Shown: piece after piece, positions 7,300 through 12,275 of the stretch
Layout of the letters: every line of letters starts with the position of its first letter
Numbering within the stretch: position 1 is the first letter of the stretch
Source: an uncultured archaeon
GTDB taxonomy: Archaea; Asgardarchaeota; Thorarchaeia; Thorarchaeales; Thorarchaeaceae
DNA: 12,275 nt
Direction: 5' to 3'
NCBI GenBank assembly: GCA_964590575.1
Contig: CAZPWM010000093.1
Location: 1 to 12,275, forward strand
Made by a program: the position numbers and the translations under genes
The notes under the pieces: generated by a model
What the model was told of the DNA's origin: nothing
The model's input: the letters and a program-made list of their open reading frames with translations, nothing else
Databases searched by the model: none

Positions 7300-8739
7300 T
7301 TGAAGATTCGCTCGGTCGCTGAAGTGCCCATTTCCGCGAATGTGTATTCCGTCTATGTCCGTCGGAGACACGATGCTAGCACGCAAATTTTCTCCCTTGA
7401 TTATGGAGACCATCTGAGAGTTTTCGATGCAATGGGGACGCTTAGAAGCACGAGAAAGTGGAGTAGTAAGGTTAGATGCATTGCTGTTGCTGATATCGAA
7501 GGCGAAGGAAAGGATGCTCTTGTTGGGGGAGTTGGAAAGAAGGTCCTCGTTGTAGACCACCGGGGAAGTCCCGTGTGGAATATCAGACTTGAGAGTAATG
7601 TTGTTGCATGTGATGCAAGAGATGTAGATGGAGATGATGCAGCAGAGGTTGTTGTTGCATTACAGAACAATCGAGTAATCCTCTATAATGATGATAAAGA
7701 CGCGATTTTCACAAAGACCATGAGAGACCCCATCGCAGATGTTTGGCTTGAGGACATCACAAAGGACACTGAATTAGAGGTGGTCGTGGCGGAAAAGAGC
7801 GGCCTAATTACTGTCCTCACAGCGGCAGGATATCAGCTGAAGGAATTACAACTTGGTTCTCGACTATCAGTCTTTGCAGTTCTCTCCTTTGGTGACAGAA
7901 CTTTGTTCATTACAGGAGATCAGTCGCCAACCTTACGAATGTGGGACATTGATGGAAATGAAGTAACACGACTTGATGTTGGAGACATTCCCAGAGCCAT
8001 GGCTACAGGAATTCCAGACGACATCTCGGATGTTGCATTCCTTGTTGTAAGCACTACGGACAAAAAACTAAGCTTTTGGGAAGTTCAAGGAACCGGAGAA
8101 GCAACAAGGACAGAGAAAGTCATTCTACAGCAGATTGGTTCAACTAAAACCATACTTTATCGAAGGGCGATCAAGTGTGGCAACTGTGGTGCACCTACAT
8201 CGCCGGAAGCAGCAGTCTGTTCATCCTGTGGTGCAAAATTAGAAATGATTGAGGAATACGTTATCGAGGAGTACATTCAAGAAAGCATAGACTCGATTAC
8301 ATCCAAACACAATAGAATCAAACTCATGGAGCTAGACCGGATTTTACGACGGACACTTCCTAGACCTGCAGCGTATAATTTACGTCGAAGTCTCCAAGCT
8401 ATGATTCAGAGTGATGCGATAGAGGGACACATTGATGGCAATGTGTTTGTAAGAACAGAATCCAAGAAAAAGATGCCCAGACTTTCAAGCCAGGACATCC
8501 AGAAAGTGAAAGGTACTCTAAGTGATCTCATTCACGGAACAGATACATTAGACATTCGTCGTCTTGAACGAGAAACAGGAGTGGACCGCAGAATTCTGCG
8601 ACGAACCCTTATCATCCTCCTTGGTGAGGGAACCGTGCGAGGCTCATTATCGGGGGACGAATTCATCCTAGAACAAAAACAAGACATTAAATATTTTGAA
8701 AGAAAGTTAGTGGATGAGTTGACAACCTGGAGAGGTTAG
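7300..8739 (+). CDS. Beta-propeller (FG-GAP/WD40-like) + CxxC-x10-CxxC zinc ribbon + two PCI-like winged-helix repeats
   Basis: Blade repeats with 43-44 aa period: DIEGEGKDALV (7492), DVDGDDAAEVV (7621), DITKDTELEVV (7753); WD-like LRMWD and LSFWE; CGNC...CSSC (8176-8229); internal repeat LRRSLQAMIQSDAIEGHIDGNVFV / LRRTLIILLGEGTVRGSLSGDEFI. TTG start. Confidence 0.75.
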   Translation: MKIRSVAEVPISANVYSVYVRRRHDASTQIFSLDYGDHLRVFDAMGTLRSTRKWSSKVRCIAVADIEGEGKDALVGGVGKKVLVVDHRGSPVWNIRLESNVVACDARDVDGDDAAEVVVALQNNRVILYNDDKDAIFTKTMRDPIADVWLEDITKDTELEVVVAEKSGLITVLTAAGYQLKELQLGSRLSVFAVLSFGDRTLFITGDQSPTLRMWDIDGNEVTRLDVGDIPRAMATGIPDDISDVAFLVVSTTDKKLSFWEVQGTGEATRTEKVILQQIGSTKTILYRRAIKCGNCGAPTSPEAAVCSSCGAKLEMIEEYVIEEYIQESIDSITSKHNRIKLMELDRILRRTLPRPAAYNLRRSLQAMIQSDAIEGHIDGNVFVRTESKKKMPRLSSQDIQKVKGTLSDLIHGTDTLDIRRLERETGVDRRILRRTLIILLGEGTVRGSLSGDEFILEQKQDIKYFERKLVDELTTWRG

Positions 8740-8799
8740 AGAAAGGTGAGTAGTAAGTTCAAGATTTCATATATCAAGCAAAGAAATGGTGGTAACTAG

Positions 8800-11659
8800 A
8801 TGGATATCTCAAAACGAATTGTAGTCACTTTCGTCACTGTTGCGCTAATACCGATTATTGTGATTTCATCTCTGTCGATAATTGCAATAAATAACGTATC
8901 AAACGCGAACGCTGCTGATGCCGCTGAGGAGCTTAAAGCAGAAGAGCTAGCAAACCTGATGAGACTCTCTAATGACACGGGTCTCTTCATCGAAGAGAGA
9001 TGGAAGAACTATGTTGATGGAGTCTATATGATGGAAGCGTATTGTGAGGACCTTATCAATGGAAGAATAAACGCGACCGCGCGATATAGCTATTATTGGA
9101 ACCAGACTGAAGAACCAAATTGGGGAGACCTCACATTTGAAACCGCCCCAGATATTGTTGATGCTTACTTCTCTGATTTCATCACATTTCAAACAGATTG
9201 TTACTATATGCCACGATTTGCATGGAATAATAATGACCCACATGACCTCTCTCCAAGTACTCAATATGCTCTTGATGTTACATCCAATATGGTGAATGTT
9301 TTCAGGGCACTTCACGAAATGAATGAAGACTTTAGATGGCTATACATGGGATTTGACTTGGGAATTTCCGACCAACACTTGTTCCGTAACTACCCATTCG
9401 ATGATCTATTCTATTTCCAAGAGGATGATGAAGGAAATCCAGTCCTACCATCGGAGGACTATGACCCCAATGCAGAGGATTGGTACACAAATGTAGTAGC
9501 ACAAGATATTGGTGACGATAGTGTGGTTTTCACTGAACCATATATTGACCCTTCAGTTGGACTTGTAATCTCTATGGGAAGACCTGTGAGATATGACGAT
9601 GGAACATTATTTGGTGTAGTATCTGCAGATGTATCAATGTCCACGATAAATGACAAAGTTCTGAATCTTGAAGTATTGGAAAATGGATACTCATTTTTAC
9701 TCGATTCAAGTGCTACAGTCATAGCGCATCCTCAACAAGACCCATTAGAAGATCCTCTGCCAATTGAGTTACTTGAGTTCAATTCAACAACAAGCACAGA
9801 GGCAGTTGCATTTAGTGGCCTCCTGAGTTCCACAGTGTTAATGGAAGAATCAGGATTGGAAGAATTCCAGAAGGCGGGTCAAACCTGGTATATGGCTTTC
9901 GTCAACGTTACTAACACAGAATATGTGCTAGCAATCGTGGTCCCCAATTCAGATGTCATTGCACCCGCCTTAGCTATGCTCTCCCTTGTTGGGACTCAGA
10001 CCCTCATACTCACCATTGCTCTTGGAGCAGTATTAGCAGTTGTAGCTGGTGTGATTACGGTTGTTTCTTATCGAAGAGCACATTCAGTAATAGAACCAAT
10101 AACCGAAATGACGCGTCTTGTGAATAAGATGGCAAGACAGGACTTCACTAGGGGAATTACAGCAGCAGGTGCCATGTATGAGGAAGTAGGAACAACTGTT
10201 GATGCACTGCTTAGTTTCCAAGAAGCGGCAAGGTTTGGTAATCAAGCGTTCATTCGAGGAGATCTTAATCGAGCATTGGCTAATTACCAGAATCTGTTGG
10301 AAATAAGCCAGAGACTTGAGATTGATGTTGGAGAACAGATCATGCTCCTCAATATTGGCAATGTGTTCAGACAGCGAGGCGATACTGGAAACGCTATGGA
10401 TTACTATGAGCAGTCGATGATAATAGCTAAACGTATTCTAGATAAGACAAAAGAAGAGGGAACGGATGAGAAAGATGCACTCGTAAGAATCGCGTCTCTT
10501 TACCATAATATGGCATTAGTTGAGATGGACCGAGGCAAGGCTGACAAAGCAATGAACCTCTTGGAAGATGCAGAAGCAATCGACAGGACGATGCAGAACC
10601 AATATGGTCTTGCTAAACGCTTCGATGCGATGGGACTCGTAATGATGCGTGATGGTCGTTACAGTCAAGCTCTGTCAAGATTTGATGAAGCCAAGGATAT
10701 CGCAAAGTCAATTGATTACCTGAGAAGTCTAGCTTACATTCACTACCATGAAGGGGAGCTACATCAAGTTCAAGGGAATTGGAAGAAAGCTGAAGACAAC
10801 TATAATGAAGCGATATCATATGGTCAGGAAACTGATGAACTCTGGTTAGTTGTGTATGCTATGAAGAGACTAGCAGATGTTCTCGATCAACGAAACAAAC
10901 CCAGTCATGATGTACGGAGGAAAGCGGAGAAACTCAGGCGCTCTATCATGTTTAAAAAGAGTGTTACCTTTGTAATCGATTACTCAGGCAGTATGCAAGC
11001 GCAGAATAGAATCAGAGCGGCTGTAAATGGCGCTTTAGAGATCTTGCATAGTCAGGTAAACCCACAAGACGCTGTTTCAGTAATCGTCTTTAACTCCTCG
11101 TACCGAGAACTGCTCCCACTCACGATTAAAGGAGAACGAGATGACGATGAGAATAAGATTGTGAAGACACTGAAATCGTTGAAATATCCAAACTATGCCA
11201 CTGCATTCTATGATGCTCTGGGAAGAGCACTGGAAGAACTTGAAAGAATCGAATCCAGTGATAGCATTGACAGATGGACAGGATAATAGTTCTGAAACCT
11301 ACTCTCTTGACGTTCTTGAAGGAATTATTACTGAAGCGGATCGATTGAAGAGAAAGAAACCTCTTACAATCGAGGGCTTTATCCGAGACCACCATCTAGA
11401 TGTCAATCTACTCATCATAGGTGTGGGACAGGAATTAAGTCAGAAAGCGGATACTGACAAACGGATAAAATCAGCACGAACTGGTCAGCTGATAACTACA
11501 GAAGAACTCTTGGAATCAATCTGTGATAGTATTCCAGAAGGTCAGTATATTTCGGTAGTAGATAGCTCTAATGTCAGACTAGATATCGAGAAAGCATTCG
11601 AGAAAGTGGGAGTCTTAATGGCACAACTAGAAGTCGGAGGGACTACTACGGATTATTGA
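8800..11659 (+). CDS. Membrane receptor TM-dCache-TM-HAMP-TPR-vWA, interrupted by a frameshift at ~11251-11260 (first-frame ORF stops at 11286; vWA continues in the +1 frame to 11659)
   Basis: TM1 ~8818-8889; dCache motifs YDPNAEDWY, FTEPYID, GVVSADV, GYSFLLD..VIAHP; TM2 10003-10071; HAMP (IEPITEMTRLVNKMARQDF...EEVG); ~40-aa TPR repeats 10231-10920; vWA MIDAS DYSGS (10978-10992) and ATAFYDAL in the first frame, VIALTDGQDN and LLIIGVG in the shifted frame. Confidence 0.8.
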
Positions 11660-11660
11660 A

Positions 11661-11667
11661 GGAGGTG
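11661..11667 (+). promoter_or_regulatory. Shine-Dalgarno site
   Basis: GGAGGTG just after the TGA at 11657-11659 and 8 nt before ATG 11676. Confidence 0.75.
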
Positions 11668-11675
11668 TAATGAAA

Positions 11676-12275
11676 ATGGTACAGTCAACAACACAGACCA
11701 AGAAGAAAGGTAAATTCCGAACTACTGTAATCCTCACATTCCTCGTGATCTCGCTTGTGTCTCTCGCAGCCACAGGAGTGGTTTCATTGACCTTTGTGGA
11801 CTTGATAGGTAACTCAACGAGGGATCAGAGTTCTATAGCTCTGGAGACCCAGATTGAAACAAATATGGATCAAACCGCTCAGAAGACCGCTCTCGTCATA
11901 AATCAGAAATTAGCTAGTGCAGAAGGGATGATTGCTGCGGCGGCAGAGGAACTCGAAGCTCTATTCGCGACTGGTTCGACTTACGCAAATCGAGAAGTGT
12001 ACTATGACCTTTTGTTCGAAAATGACTCGGTTTCCCCAGCACCAGCTGATAACCACTACGACCCGAATTATGGGCTCAATGTGTCCTGGGATTATAGCAG
12101 CTGGTATATTGCTAACACTGATTCTACAACCTACAATTCTAGCTATGCGGATATTCCTGCAAACGCGGACAAGCTTGGGCGTGTGTCTAATATTGATTAT
12201 ATATTCAAAGCAATACGCAATCAGATAGAGTTCAGATGGCTCTATATTGCCTTTGCTGACGACGGATTGTTCATC
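11676..12275 (+). CDS. Second dCache-type membrane protein, paralog of the 8800 receptor (partial, runs off right edge)
   Basis: Open frame missed by the ORF track: MVQSTTQTKKKGKFRTTVILTFLVISLVSLAATGVVSLTFVDLIG...RVSNIDYIFKAIRNQIEFRWLYIAFADDGLFI. It has a basic N-tail, one TM helix, a long helix, and FRWLYIAF matching FRWLYMGF of the upstream protein. Alternative in-frame ATG at 11670. Confidence 0.85.
   Translation, partial: MVQSTTQTKKKGKFRTTVILTFLVISLVSLAATGVVSLTFVDLIGNSTRDQSSIALETQIETNMDQTAQKTALVINQKLASAEGMIAAAAEELEALFATGSTYANREVYYDLLFENDSVSPAPADNHYDPNYGLNVSWDYSSWYIANTDSTTYNSSYADIPANADKLGRVSNIDYIFKAIRNQIEFRWLYIAFADDGLFI

Noticed and set aside
523-11395. Other short track ORFs (523, 2288, 3270, 4445, 5397, 6084, 6429, 7264, 7401, 8796, 8947, 9459, 10613, 11126)
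   Set aside because: All are antisense or off-frame shadows of longer motif-supported genes.
11195-11659. 154-aa ORF as an independent gene
   Set aside because: Its first ~20 residues are out-of-frame noise; the rest is the C-terminal half of the upstream vWA domain.
11932-12228. 98-aa plus-strand ORF
   Set aside because: Alternative frame inside the real Cache paralog that starts at 11676.
1-12275. CRISPR arrays, tRNA/rRNA, IS elements, cobalamin riboswitch
   Set aside because: No regularly spaced direct repeats, cloverleafs, transposase motifs or B12-box seen by eye; the gap flanking the corrinoid genes (81 bp) is too short for a typical riboswitch.

Overview
Gene-dense archaeal-type window with no rRNA, tRNA, CRISPR array or mobile element that I can see. 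The gene repertoire suggests an Asgard (Thorarchaeia-like) genome; this is an inference. Left to right: (1) the 5' end of an NrdG-like radical-SAM activase (minus, cut by the window edge), preceded by a ~450 bp palindrome-rich non-coding region; (2) a soluble two-PAS histidine kinase; (3) a reductive dehalogenase (RdhA)-family protein whose N-terminus is an ABCE1/RLI-type 2x[4Fe-4S] domain instead of a Tat signal; (4) divergent from it, a [2Fe-2S]-ASKHA corrinoid reductive activator (RACE/DUF4445); (5) an orphan, circularly permuted SPPY-type DNA methyltransferase; (6) a Zn-dependent HDAC/AcuC-family deacetylase; (7) an FG-GAP-like beta-propeller + Zn ribbon + tandem PCI-like winged-helix protein; (8) a membrane receptor TM-dCache-TM-HAMP-TPR-vWA whose vWA is split by a frameshift; (9) a second dCache paralog missed by the ORF track, running off the right edge. 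Best candidates for new biology are the soluble kinase/RLI-RdhA/RACE corrinoid module and the tandem alpha2delta-like Cache receptors with a TPR-vWA output. All family assignments come from motif reading and recalled consensus sequences; no searches were run.
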